Source: Savitreella phatthalungensis
Lineage: Eukaryota
Reading direction: 5' to 3'
NCBI GenBank assembly: GCA_051599415.1
Contig: AP039696.1
Span: 248,001 to 312,000 of the forward strand
Length of the DNA: 64,000 bases
Below the pieces are notes generated by a model. That model was not told the origin of the DNA. It saw only the letters and a list, made by a program, of their open reading frames with translations, and did no database searches. A program made the position numbers and the translations under genes. This document shows positions 11,275 to 22,101 of this stretch, in pieces. Numbering within the stretch: the first letter of the stretch is position 1; every line of letters begins with the position of its first letter.

Positions 11275-11891
11275 CGAGCGGTGGGTAAGAGTCTGACAGG
11301 AATCAGAAGGGAAACGTGGAGCTCAGAGAGTGTGGGTGGGTGGGTGGATGGCTGGGGTATTCGCGTCTAGCAAAGTGGCTTGTATCGAGCGTGGCTCCAG
11401 TAGAGGGAATGAGATGGGTAGACGCACAGGGACATGGAGTCTTGTCAGGGCTTTGATTCTTGAGAGTTGCAAGAACTTGAGACCAGATGCACTTGTAAGC
11501 TTTCGGTATCCTTGCTTTCAGGTGTGCTCGTTAGCGTTCTTGCTTTCCAGAGCTCAAAGGCAGAAGTCAGAAGATTGATCTTCGTTGTGATCACGCCAGG
11601 TCTTGAAGTTGATCTGCCGTGTGAGCCAAGGTTTGTATGGATTCAGATACCTATACCTTGTTCCGGTGTGGAGAGAGACGATTCTCAATTCTGATCTATC
11701 CTTTGACTCTCTCTATCTGCAGAAACCCCGGGGGCTGAAAGTTCTCCCGGGCTGTAATGAGATGGGACATTTCAGAGGCGGACGCAAGCCATCTTTTATA
11801 CGCGATCGAGTGCTCAAATCTGTCAGAGAGAAAAAGAAAACGAGTGGTGAAAAATTGATGCAAGATCTCAAGATTCATGAAGGCTGAGAGT

Positions 11892-11952
11892 TTGGATACA
11901 CGTTTGGATGCACACTTGGCTGCACGCTTCATGCACGCCTGGATGCACGCTT
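11892..11952. repeat. Degenerate 12-bp minisatellite (consensus TTGGATGCACGC), 5 copies
   Basis: Units read ttggatacacgt / ttggatgcacac / ttggctgcacgc / ttcatgcacgc / ctggatgcacgc. Confidence 0.75.
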
Positions 11953-12456
11953 GAGTCGAGACAAGACAATTCAATCGATGTACAGTACTTTGTTCGGCAG
12001 GATGATATCATATGGGGTTCTCGACATGCACAAGCAGACACATTGCGAACCCAATCGTGGACTGTTAATCTATTCCAGGAGGATGTTGTCTTGAAGCGCT
12101 TCGGAAAGATGTAATGTCAACAACAAATGCAACAATCAATCCAAAAGACATTGCCTTTTTGATTGATTTCTTCTGCTTGAGCCAGATGCCGGGACTGGGA
12201 GTGTCACGATTCATATCAGTTTTGGCATGTGGGTCATGCGACTCAGGTGTCTCTACTACGCATAATTCCGTGATCGAAGATTCAGTAGGGCAAATCCTCA
12301 TCAATTAAACTACGGTGTTCATGAATTATCCGACCAAGGATGACGCATGTGAAGTTCTTCTTGCGCTGAGCCACCTGTGCCCCTGGGCAGTGACATTTGG
12401 GAATGGCTGTGAACGCAGCAGACGCATTCGATCCGGAAATCAATAGACACGTCACT

Positions 12457-14262
12457 TCAAAACAGGTAGCGGCCGAGACGTCTCGCCCCTGCAATGTTCT
12501 TGGTGATCTCGTGCTCGTAAAATGACGGGGCAAACAGCGCCTGCCTGATGAGCTCCTCTGGTATGTTCTGAGCTGCCGAGAAGCGAACCTTCCGAGGGCT
12601 TTCAGAAGACATGACATCCACAGCAGCGCTTCCAAGCAGCGGTAGCACTTTACAATGCGAGGACTCGTGTCTTAATGATGGGCTTGCATCGATGGTCGCG
12701 ACTGAGCTAGACGAAGAAGGCCGGTCATCAGGATTTGCTGACAATGAAAATTGAGACAATGGCACTGCAAGGTCCATATCGTTTTCGACCTTTGCCTTTC
12801 TGCTCCGCCGCCTCTTCTGAGTCTTCTCTTTTGTCCTCTCCTCCGTCATGAGACTCTCCTGTGCGATTGTGCGGGATTCCACACCTGGAGAACCGTCCCA
12901 AACATCATCGTCGTTTTGGTCTTGTGCAGGATCTAAGGACGTTCTTGTGCCCAACTGAAAACGGTTGGAGCTGCCGTCGCTACTGTCGTCGCTACTGCCA
13001 TCGCTCGGATTGTAGTCCGAGTCGGAATTGCCAGAGTCTGTGCTATTGCTGTTTGAGTCCGCAACTGGTAGCAAATACCTTTGCAATTCCGGTGAGTCGA
13101 TAGAGCACACATCATCCGGTACCCAGTTGTCGATCGGCGGTAAGTGCCTCTCAAGATCATTGATGAGTCCACATCCAACGCTCGTTATAGCCGCTATACA
13201 TCTGATCAGCTGATCGTTGCCTGTGCTTGTGAGAAGGTCCATTGGTGGCGAGACGGTCACGACACCGCGAGCTTGGGTCGAGTCATGACTTTCGTTGCGA
13301 CCACCAATCTCCCCTGCCCTGACTGTGGGCTGAGCGCTCCAAGCAGCGTCCAAAGTATTCACATTGAGATTTGGTCGCCACTCGAGTACTCGAGCTGTAA
13401 ATCTGAACAAGGCAAGGCCGTAATACACCGGTTTCACCAAACCGGCTTGCAGATCACTTTGCCGCAAGGCCATTAGCTGGCCGATCAATTGACTTAGATG
13501 ATGATGTTCGAATGACACGCTCGTCTTGAGCTCCACCAGAAGCAGAACAGTGCGACAGCGAATGCCCTCCAGCGAAATGGGGTCGTTTGTGATCATGAAG
13601 TCTGTTTCGACATGTTTCTGAACGCCGTCATGCATGAAATCGATTTCTGGCCGCGAGTGTATACGTAGTCGAATGTTATCGCCCATTGCTGCAAAGAGCG
13701 GATCCTGCAAATGTTGTGCCAGCCATTCATGATAGTCTTGTTGATAATCGCGCTCCAAGAGAGATTCCTGGCTCGGGTCCATAGCAGCTCGCCGGAGGAA
13801 AAATCGCATTATCTCATTATCGAGCTGTGAAGCAGCCCTGTCAGTTTGAAATTGATAGGCTAACGGCCAGCCAGTCCGGTACCTGACTCGCTTCTTTGTC
13901 AACAAGTGGCTGTTGACGCGAGATGAGATGTCTATTTGGATATGCGGCGAGTTCCGATGTAAAGCATACCAGCCAACGTAGCGATCCAGTGCCTCAACGT
14001 CGACCTCTGTGTTCTCTACAGCAACGCGTGCCTTGTAGTGCAGCCGCCTATGATCAGCGCAACCATGGTTTGCATCGGTTGTTGACACAGCGGTAGACGA
14101 GCCGATTATCGCATAGCTAGGCGTGACATATCCCTCCCCAACCAATCTGGTATTGCGGGGTCTCAACGTCCTGCGCGCGGCATGCTGTTGCCTCGAGTTG
14201 TGAGTCACATTGTTTTGGTCTACGGGCGAGTCCAACGGTGAACAGCCTGAAGCGCTTGACAT
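12457..14262 (-). CDS. Hypothetical protein with a putative PD-(D/E)XK (restriction-endonuclease-fold) domain and a low-complexity D/S-rich C-terminus
   Basis: Uninterrupted 601-aa ATG-initiated ORF. Motif order LLERDYQ ... ETDFMI ... LLLVELKT ... HLSQLIGQLMA ... VYYGLAL. It also has a basic NLS-like patch KRRRSRKAK. Confidence 0.6.
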   Translation of the reverse strand: MSSASGCSPLDSPVDQNNVTHNSRQQHAARRTLRPRNTRLVGEGYVTPSYAIIGSSTAVSTTDANHGCADHRRLHYKARVAVENTEVDVEALDRYVGWYALHRNSPHIQIDISSRVNSHLLTKKRVRYRTGWPLAYQFQTDRAASQLDNEIMRFFLRRAAMDPSQESLLERDYQQDYHEWLAQHLQDPLFAAMGDNIRLRIHSRPEIDFMHDGVQKHVETDFMITNDPISLEGIRCRTVLLLVELKTSVSFEHHHLSQLIGQLMALRQSDLQAGLVKPVYYGLALFRFTARVLEWRPNLNVNTLDAAWSAQPTVRAGEIGGRNESHDSTQARGVVTVSPPMDLLTSTGNDQLIRCIAAITSVGCGLINDLERHLPPIDNWVPDDVCSIDSPELQRYLLPVADSNSNSTDSGNSDSDYNPSDGSSDDSSDGSSNRFQLGTRTSLDPAQDQNDDDVWDGSPGVESRTIAQESLMTEERTKEKTQKRRRSRKAKVENDMDLAVPLSQFSLSANPDDRPSSSSSVATIDASPSLRHESSHCKVLPLLGSAAVDVMSSESPRKVRFSAAQNIPEELIRQALFAPSFYEHEITKNIAGARRLGRYLF

Positions 14263-15380
14263 GATCGTTCTGTCTGCTCTTGCGAGCGTATGAGCGCAAA
14301 CAGGATAGAATGACGAAGACGTGAGAGCAGTGAGCTAGATTCAACAGCACAGAATGACTTGCCGACACGCTCCCGAAGTTGGCCTGACAGTACTCTGCGT
14401 GGCCAGCAGAGCCAATTTAGGCAGGTAATGTAACGCAGACTCGCTTCAACTGACGCCTTTACCGCCACGCTGCCAGCCCACAGAGAAATCAGCGCGATCT
14501 GTAGGCATGTTGGATGGGGCGCTTTGTAGCATATAAATCATGACGGAAATTTTTCGATCAGTCGTTGAAACGGGATTATGTTGCATCATTTGCATAAGTG
14601 CTGCAAAGGTTCTGGATCTCAGGGAATATGAAACAGCATGACATGAGCTTCTGCTCCAGCGACTGTATAATACTGGTCGAATGGAGGATGTCTGGGTTTG
14701 AGACCTCGAGGTCCACGACTTTGTTCCATTCAGGAATGCACATGCACACGGGACTTTCTTATGTGCATCATTCGACAACTGCCTACAATCTCACGAGCAT
14801 CAGGCTCGGTGGAGTGAGCGACTGTATGAGCGCTGATGTGTCTTACGAGGTCCAATGGGTTGATTCAAGGGCAGAAAATCAGAATAGATCGTCTCGTTGA
14901 GTACACGCTGAGGGAGAGACTTCATCTAGTTGAGTGAGAGCAATCCCGTGGCAATTCAACTGATCTCAGTCAACCATGCAGTCTTAGTCAACCAGATGCA
15001 GATCAGATCATAAAATTTGATCCATCGTCTAGGAGATGAGATTGATCATCCGTCATGCAATCACTTGTTGCGTGTTGCTGTTCGAAATCATATGCCATGG
15101 ATCATTGGTCGCCATAGCCAAATCTATCTATCTACGTACTCTATAGTTGCATAATTTATACGGATATATACATGGGTTGTTGCAATTAAAGAACTCCGAA
15201 GCTGTTGTTTAAATTGTGTATCATTTACTATATTGCTGTCTGACAATCTAGCAAATATTTCATCTTGCCAAATTACAGTGTGGAGTGAGTGATCTTGTCT
15301 GATTGGATGCAGTGCGAGATGCTCTGGTTCCAGTGTCACCACGGGTTTTGGTTGGCGAATTAGTGCATCCAGCTTCAGCG

Positions 15381-15445
15381 CGCACCTGACTCAAGTTGAC
15401 TGGCGATGAGCTGGTGAGCCACTGCGCGTGGGTGAGTCAGGTGCG
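15381..15445. promoter_or_regulatory. 13-bp perfect inverted repeat, each arm containing a TGASTCA (Gcn4/AP-1-type bZIP) site
   Basis: cgcacctgactca (15381-15393) and tgagtcaggtgcg (15433-15445) are exact reverse complements, about 470 bp upstream of the kinase ATG. Confidence 0.5.
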
Positions 15446-15913
15446 TGGACTAGTGTGCGAGTTGCTGGCAATACACTCCGGACTCTACACCTTAACGCTT
15501 CAGCCATCATCCGACATCATCTAGCCATCTAACACGTACACTCGAAGCATTGCCAACCTCCTGGCGAGTCCATCTGAATAGGTACTTTCATCAACTCTCG
15601 AGCGGTGCTCTCTCTAGAAGCGTGATCGATAGTGACGACTCCAGGAAGGTCTTTTGAGCTACACTGCATCAAACTCTTCAGCGGCACTGTCGACATTGCT
15701 GTGGTAAGCTGTTCGAGAGACGCGAGAGTTCATAAACAACAGGCAAGTCGTCGACGAAACTCTTGGTGGACTTAATACACCAGAGGACAGTGCCCTGCGA
15801 GAAGACACCACAGATCGTCCATAGCACCCACTGTTTCATTCAACCTTCCGATGACGGCATAATCAGCACAAGTTGCACAAACCGCAAATCACATAAACGC
15901 TACTATCACCATC

Positions 15914-18463
15914 ATGCCGCCTCCGGTACAGTCCCTTCTTGGACCATACCTGGCACCTGGAACGAGCATACAGGTCGGTCATTACAATACACAGATCGTG
16001 CGTTACCTCAGCGAAGGTGGCTTCTCCCATGTCTATATCGCCAAGCTCGATACGCCATTCAAAGGGCGCGATACGGCCGTGCTTAAGCGTATCGTCGCGC
16101 CTGATAAGCATCATCTGGCCTCGATCAGGACAGAGGTCGACACGATGAAGCGGCTCAAGGGACACCGCCATGTGGTCACTTACATCGACTCGCACGCCTC
16201 GCAGCTACGTCAGGGAGGCTTCGAGGTCTATGTGCTGATGGAATTCTGCCCAGGCGGTGGTCTCATCGACTTCATGAACACGCGACTGCAGACGCGCTTG
16301 GCAGAGTGGGAGGTGCTCAAGATTTTTAGCGATACGGTCGAAGCAGTCGCTTGCATGCACTATCTCAAGCCTGCGCCTTTGCTACATCGTGATCTCAAGA
16401 TTGAGAACGTGCTAATCTCTAGTCCAGACTGCTACAAGCTGTGCGACTTCGGTTCCTGTTGCGAGCCCAAACCTGCTGCAGGAACATCTGACGAACGCCG
16501 ACTACTCGAGGACGACATTCAGCGCAACACGACGATCCAGTATCGCTCACCTGAGATGATTGATCTCTCCAGGCGCCTCCCAATTGATGAGAAATCCGAC
16601 ATATGGGCTCTTGGTGTCATGCTGTACAAGCTTTGCTATTTTACCACACCGTTCGAGGCACAAGGACCCGTGGCTATCTTGAATGCCGCCTACACTTTCC
16701 CAGCATATCCCCCTTACACTGACAGAACAAAACGCTTGATTGCGGTCATGCTGCAGGAGCATCCGAAACAGCGACCGAACATTTATCAACTGCTCGCTGA
16801 GGTCTGCGATATGCGTAAAGTTCCAGTCCCTATTCCTGATATTTATAGTCGACGTGCGCGAGAGAGTGCTCCTTCTCAGCAGCCGTCTCAGCGAACTCGA
16901 TCGGAGGAGGAGAAACAATCGGACGCACCGCTCAGAGAGCCAGCACACGCAGCTGCGCTTCGTGACAGTGCACCCAAAGCTTTGCCGAAACCGCCGCTGC
17001 AAAGCGGCGCTCGAATCAGAACGTCCGGTCTTGTTGATAAACAGGACACAACACTCCCGCCATCGAAGCCAAACCGAAATGTTGATCGTGTTGGAAGCGG
17101 CTTCGATGACGTTCTCTCGAAACCATCCCTCAAGCCCAGTGGCGATGCCTTTGAGAGCAAATTCCCTAGTCTGGAAGAGCTCGGCTACGATTTGGTCGCG
17201 CCTGGAGAAGCAGCATCGGCACCAGTGGAGTCTATCGCACCCGCTGTCAAGACCGGATCATCAAGACATAGTGCTGCTGATGAACGTGCAGCCTTGCGGC
17301 GAAGTCTATCCCAAAGACGTCCATCTGCAGAGGCGGCGCAGAAGGAATCGGCGGCAGAAGAAGAGATTGAAGTTGCTGAGATTATACCGTTACGCCAGAC
17401 GACAGCCGAGGTCCAAGCTGGCAGATCACCAGAAATCGTTCAGCAGCCCGATTTGAGGCCGGTATTACCACAAGTCGCTCAAACGCTACCTTTCCGTTCT
17501 CAAAATCCGTATGACAAGAGCGAAAGCTTACCACGCCAAGCGCCCGAAATCAGGCAGAAACCTGTATTTGCCGGTCGACCCTCGGCCACCGATATCTCAA
17601 ACACGCCAATCATCCGGCCTCGTTCTGCAGCGCAAACGCGGCCAAAGAGCATGTTTGTGCCGTCCAGCTCATCTGGCAAGAGCGGACTAGACTCTCTGCA
17701 GCAGTCCGTTGCAATGGCTAAAGCGAGGTTTGAGGGTACCGATAGGGTCCTTCAAGCCAGTCAGGCGAATTTGCCACTCCAAAGAGATCCTCAACCGCTG
17801 CCAGGTATGTCAGGCGCCCCTGTCAAGCGATCTGTGTCGACCAGCATCCGGCCGGCGCATGGGCGCAAACCATCTTTGAGCAAGTTGACATCATTCACCG
17901 GCACGTCGAAGCTCGGTGGCAAGTTTAACGATGCCATTCGAAAGTTCGAGGGTGGTTCATCACACCGATCAGCTTCACGTGAGAACAATGCGGTCACCGT
18001 CCCTCTCCAAGTGTCAACACAGCCTATCTCAGACAATGTGGAAGAGCAGCTGCGCGCGTCAGCCGCACGGAGAAGTGCATCATTCGAAGGCCGCACCGCC
18101 CGACCGCAGGTACTCGCCCCATCGGCCGTGCACAAGGGACAGTCCGGCGGTGAAGGTGTTGAATCGTCGTCATTCAGTATGAAGGAAGCCATGCAAAGAC
18201 TGAATGCGAAGGCAAGTGCTCCTTACCAGGGTCCCAAAACGGCCTCTGGCTATGGAAAGTACACGGACTCTCCCGAACGTGCAGCGACCGTCATCCCGAC
18301 GACTTCCGCAAGTTCAGCTTCGACACGATCGACAATATCAAGGCAACAGCACCTGGACCTTGACCGTTCAAGCATCCGAGAGCTCGATGGTCAAAGTTCA
18401 GGCGACACTGACTCCTTCAGCAAACGATTTCCATCGTTACAAGATGTGGACTTCGCGGTATAA
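15914..18463 (+). CDS. NAK-family (Ark1/Prk1/Akl1-like) Ser/Thr kinase, endocytic actin regulator
   Basis: LSEGGFSHVY, LMEFCPGGGLIDFMNTRL, HRDLKIEN, LCDFGS, NTTIQYRSPEM and KSDIWALG, followed by a long Pro/Ser-rich tail. Confidence 0.93.
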   Translation: MPPPVQSLLGPYLAPGTSIQVGHYNTQIVRYLSEGGFSHVYIAKLDTPFKGRDTAVLKRIVAPDKHHLASIRTEVDTMKRLKGHRHVVTYIDSHASQLRQGGFEVYVLMEFCPGGGLIDFMNTRLQTRLAEWEVLKIFSDTVEAVACMHYLKPAPLLHRDLKIENVLISSPDCYKLCDFGSCCEPKPAAGTSDERRLLEDDIQRNTTIQYRSPEMIDLSRRLPIDEKSDIWALGVMLYKLCYFTTPFEAQGPVAILNAAYTFPAYPPYTDRTKRLIAVMLQEHPKQRPNIYQLLAEVCDMRKVPVPIPDIYSRRARESAPSQQPSQRTRSEEEKQSDAPLREPAHAAALRDSAPKALPKPPLQSGARIRTSGLVDKQDTTLPPSKPNRNVDRVGSGFDDVLSKPSLKPSGDAFESKFPSLEELGYDLVAPGEAASAPVESIAPAVKTGSSRHSAADERAALRRSLSQRRPSAEAAQKESAAEEEIEVAEIIPLRQTTAEVQAGRSPEIVQQPDLRPVLPQVAQTLPFRSQNPYDKSESLPRQAPEIRQKPVFAGRPSATDISNTPIIRPRSAAQTRPKSMFVPSSSSGKSGLDSLQQSVAMAKARFEGTDRVLQASQANLPLQRDPQPLPGMSGAPVKRSVSTSIRPAHGRKPSLSKLTSFTGTSKLGGKFNDAIRKFEGGSSHRSASRENNAVTVPLQVSTQPISDNVEEQLRASAARRSASFEGRTARPQVLAPSAVHKGQSGGEGVESSSFSMKEAMQRLNAKASAPYQGPKTASGYGKYTDSPERAATVIPTTSASSASTRSTISRQQHLDLDRSSIRELDGQSSGDTDSFSKRFPSLQDVDFAV

Positions 18464-18724
18464 ATGCAATGAACCCTTGTAGCTGTAGCAATTGGAGAAT
18501 CCCTCTCGTGATAGGCACCTGCCACGATCGACATTGGTGTGTAAAGCTAGCTCATTGGAATGTGAAGCTGCTGATTGAAAATATTCATGCCGCCGTTTTC
18601 GCTGTTTTGAACAATCCGTAAACTTGGCCGCGTTTGTTAGCTTGCCACTCAACAGGATAAAAGCCGAGATTCTGTTTACCGGCCGTCACCCTCAGACACA
18701 AGTCAGCAGAGACAATACATCAGT

Positions 18725-20623
18725 ATGACTATCGGAGTGCCATACGAATCATTGTCACGTAATGTCAGCCTTAATGCGCCGCAAAGGGCTAGCTCAGATA
18801 GCTACGACTGTCGTCAGAACAGATTCACCTCCCACGCTGCAGCAATGCCAGGCGAGATTCAAAGTCATGATGCCGATGAAGCCGAATTTCACTCTGGAGC
18901 TGAGGATGAGGAAGAAGATGATGATGATGATGTGGACAAGTACATTCCAGTCACCGACACCTTCGTTCGTCATGCTGCGCCGCACGAGCTGCTGGGCTCT
19001 ACCGACAAGCGCAGAGTCCAAGGTGTTCAATTGGAATTACAACTTCAGTCTGCCACTCATGTTGGCGGCGGACGCGTGCGCGGCACACTCGTCATACAAT
19101 ACAACGAGAAAGCCAAGAAACACAAGCTGACATCTGTGACTGGTATCAAGCTCGACTGCATTGGCTGTGAAGGTGAGTCCAGAAAGGTCCCATTCAACTA
19201 ACGTTCGGGACACTGATCATTGACAGCTGGCAAGTCAGTCCCACAACACTTGTTCTTCAATGTCGCTCAGGACATCATCACTGAAAGCGTGACGCTTGCC
19301 GAGCTTGAACAGCGCTTCAAAGGAGATCAGCCTGCGGCACGTGGATCGGTCAGCATTCCGTTTGCCCTACAACTGCCGCTCGACGTGAGCCTCCCTCGTT
19401 CTACTCATTGACATCATCCACTGACAGTCAGGTCGGTCCCGGGCATTTTGCTGAAGCAGACAATAAGATCACTTACACCCTCTACTGTACCGTTCTGCTC
19501 GCCCATCCAAAGCGGTTCCCGAAGGGCAAATATCTTCGCGCCGTGCGGAACGTGCGAATCTATCCTATGCTGGATGCGAGCAAGGTATTCGTGCCGTCGC
19601 ACGCACCGATGCAGGTAGTCGAGGATGAGAAGGTGCGTTTCGGTGGAGGCGATACGCTGAAGCTCGCAGCACGCCTCCATCGAGCGACCTGTATCGCCGG
19701 TCAGCGTGCTCAAGTCGAAGTATCTGTCAACAACGACACGCGACGCGACGTTAAGCGGATTGTCGCCAAGCTTGTCCGGCATATCGTCACGTACAAGTAC
19801 GCTGCCGCGTCTGCGGGACACCAGCAAGTCGATGGACGAGTTCCAGACAAAATTGACACGACGATCATCTGCACCAATCTACTCGAGAGGCACAGTGACA
19901 AGTCTGATGACGAGAAGTGGGCTGGTGTTTCTGCCAAGTCACATGCCACAGTGCTCCGATACATCGACATACCGGACAATCAGCTCTCCATTGGAGCTGG
20001 CAGGCATTGTAAGAGCGCTGTCCAGCGTGAGTGAGTTGCACAAACGACTGACATCTTTAGTTGAGGTTCGCTACGTGCTGTCAATTACTGCGCAGACGGG
20101 CGGTGGCAGTGCGACTGTCGAGATGCCGTTGACGATCATTAGCATGCATTCCGTCGATATCATGCCGAACGAGCTAGGCACGGTGATGCGCATGGTAGCA
20201 GCGTACCAGCTCGACGATGCGCCTTTGCGACCGTCAACATCAAGACGTGCTTCTCGCGCGTCAAGTGTGGCGTCCATTCCATCGGTCCGCTACTCATTTG
20301 ACGGGCGCAATGACGAGGCGGGAGGTGAATCGCAGCCACCACCGATTCCTCGCAAAGCGCCTTCCCGTCAGAGCTCTCGCCAGACGCTCCGCGATGGAGA
20401 GTCTCGAAGAACTGCATCTGCAGACTTACGCCGCGCCCTTTCGCTCGATTACCATCACCGCCTCAACATCCTGAGCATCTCGCCTGAGAATGTTCGAGTA
20501 TCCAGTCCGATCCAGCTCCAGCGCAAAGGCAGTGACCATCGATCCTACCATGGCTCTGAGAATCTCGCTCGTCGCCTGCATCGAGAGAATTCCGAATGCC
20601 CGAACTTCAGTGACCTGCTCTGA
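18725..20623 (+). CDS. Arrestin-domain protein (alpha-arrestin-like), 4 exons: 18725-19172, 19227-19384, 19432-20008, 20061-20623
   Basis: Three short GT-AG introns (19173-19226, 19385-19431, 20009-20060) with CTGAC/CTAAC-like branch sites join four ORF fragments in frame. Arrestin-like segments are VGGGRVRG, IPFALQLPLDVGPG, VSVNNDTRRDVKRI and FEVRYVLSI. Confidence 0.78.
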
Positions 20624-20715
20624 GCGACTGTTATGCCTGTCTTCAAGCCACCAACTCAAAAGGTGAGCCTCTCTTCGTAGTGCAAAGGTCTTTTGTTTTT
20701 GTCCTCCTGAGAGAG

Positions 20716-21177
20716 TTACGTTGTCGCTTTGGTCGCCTTGACGCGTGCGAGTGTGTCTGCGAGCTCAGGCATATCCTTGAGCATGGCCGCCTCGAGTTGT
20801 TGAGCGAAATCAGCGTGAGCCTGCATCTTACCTGCCATCGCCTGGTTGTCCCGCACGACTGCCTCCGAGAATTGGCGAGTGTAGACGTTCGGGTTACGGC
20901 CCTGTTCGATATACTCGAGCACGTCCTGGGGCACATCGACATCGGTCGTCTCAGTAGTTCTGGCAGAGTCGTCACCGGCAGCCAGCATCTGCCTCGACAT
21001 CAGGTCATCTAGGGCCGAGTAAGCCTCAGTCAAGTGAACTAGCCGGTCAGTCACCAGGTGAGCGCTCTCTGGCTCCACTGGCGGATCACTCGCAAGCAAT
21101 TCCACTTCGTCCAGCGTGTTCACAATGTCCATCAGACCAGCGTGCAATGTGTCTAGCATCGCTGTATCGTTCGCCAT
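20716..21177 (-). CDS. MED10: Mediator of RNA polymerase II transcription subunit 10 (Nut2)
   Basis: Signature VPQDVLEYIEQGRNPNVYTRQFSE...NQAMAGK. Confidence 0.92.
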   Translation of the reverse strand: MANDTAMLDTLHAGLMDIVNTLDEVELLASDPPVEPESAHLVTDRLVHLTEAYSALDDLMSRQMLAAGDDSARTTETTDVDVPQDVLEYIEQGRNPNVYTRQFSEAVVRDNQAMAGKMQAHADFAQQLEAAMLKDMPELADTLARVKATKATT

Positions 21178-22101
21178 GGGAAACGTGGCTGAGAGGCGAC
21201 CTCACGCGTGTGACTTAGAGAGAGATAGAGTGATTGACTTGGACAAAGACGTCAACACTCCTCTCTGAGAAGCAGGATGTCAGATGGTATGTGATATCCC
21301 CACAGTGTTCTGTACGTGCATGTGACCCACAAGCTGTTACACCAAGTATTGTGCATACTGTATTTCGTATGTGCTGGATATCCCGCGCGTGCGCGCTCAT
21401 GATTGATCAACCTGGATGGATGAATGGATTGCATATGCAACATTGTTCTCTCAAAGAAAGACTGAGTTAAATTATATTTCCACTGCATCCATTCTGTAAA
21501 ATCAATTCCATATGCAATTTGCGGTCGCCTAAAATTGTGTACTGAATCTAGCGGCAAAACTCCACATGCATCAATACAGTACATAGAGTACGTAAATACA
21601 GCTGTATACATATATGCATACAGTACGTAAAGACAGCTCGTACAAATGTGGGTTAATGGATGATAGAGCAGCAGAAGCCTGGGTGGAAATGACCTGAATT
21701 TAAAGGGCAACAGATATCAGCTACCTGGATCCATCCACACAGGAAGCAGTTCAGGCACATGTTACATTGGATGTAGATACACACACACAGCTATACTGTA
21801 TGTATGTACAGTATATACAGTTCACTAGAGAGACGTGATCTTCACAAGGCATTGCAATACCCAATCACAAACAAGCAGCAGCATGCTTCAGGACAAGATG
21901 GCTATCCATATATCTATCTATCCAGTACATCAACCATTGTAGGAGGCATCACTGTCTCATGAAGACCTGATACACTCGCTGGCCACTCGTCACACGACCA
22001 ACGACCAACGACGAGTATCACACCTCCACAATTCGCACAGACAGCTCATTGAACACCATCCACAAAAGTCGCCTGGACTACTCAAAGTCCTTTGATTCGT
22101 G

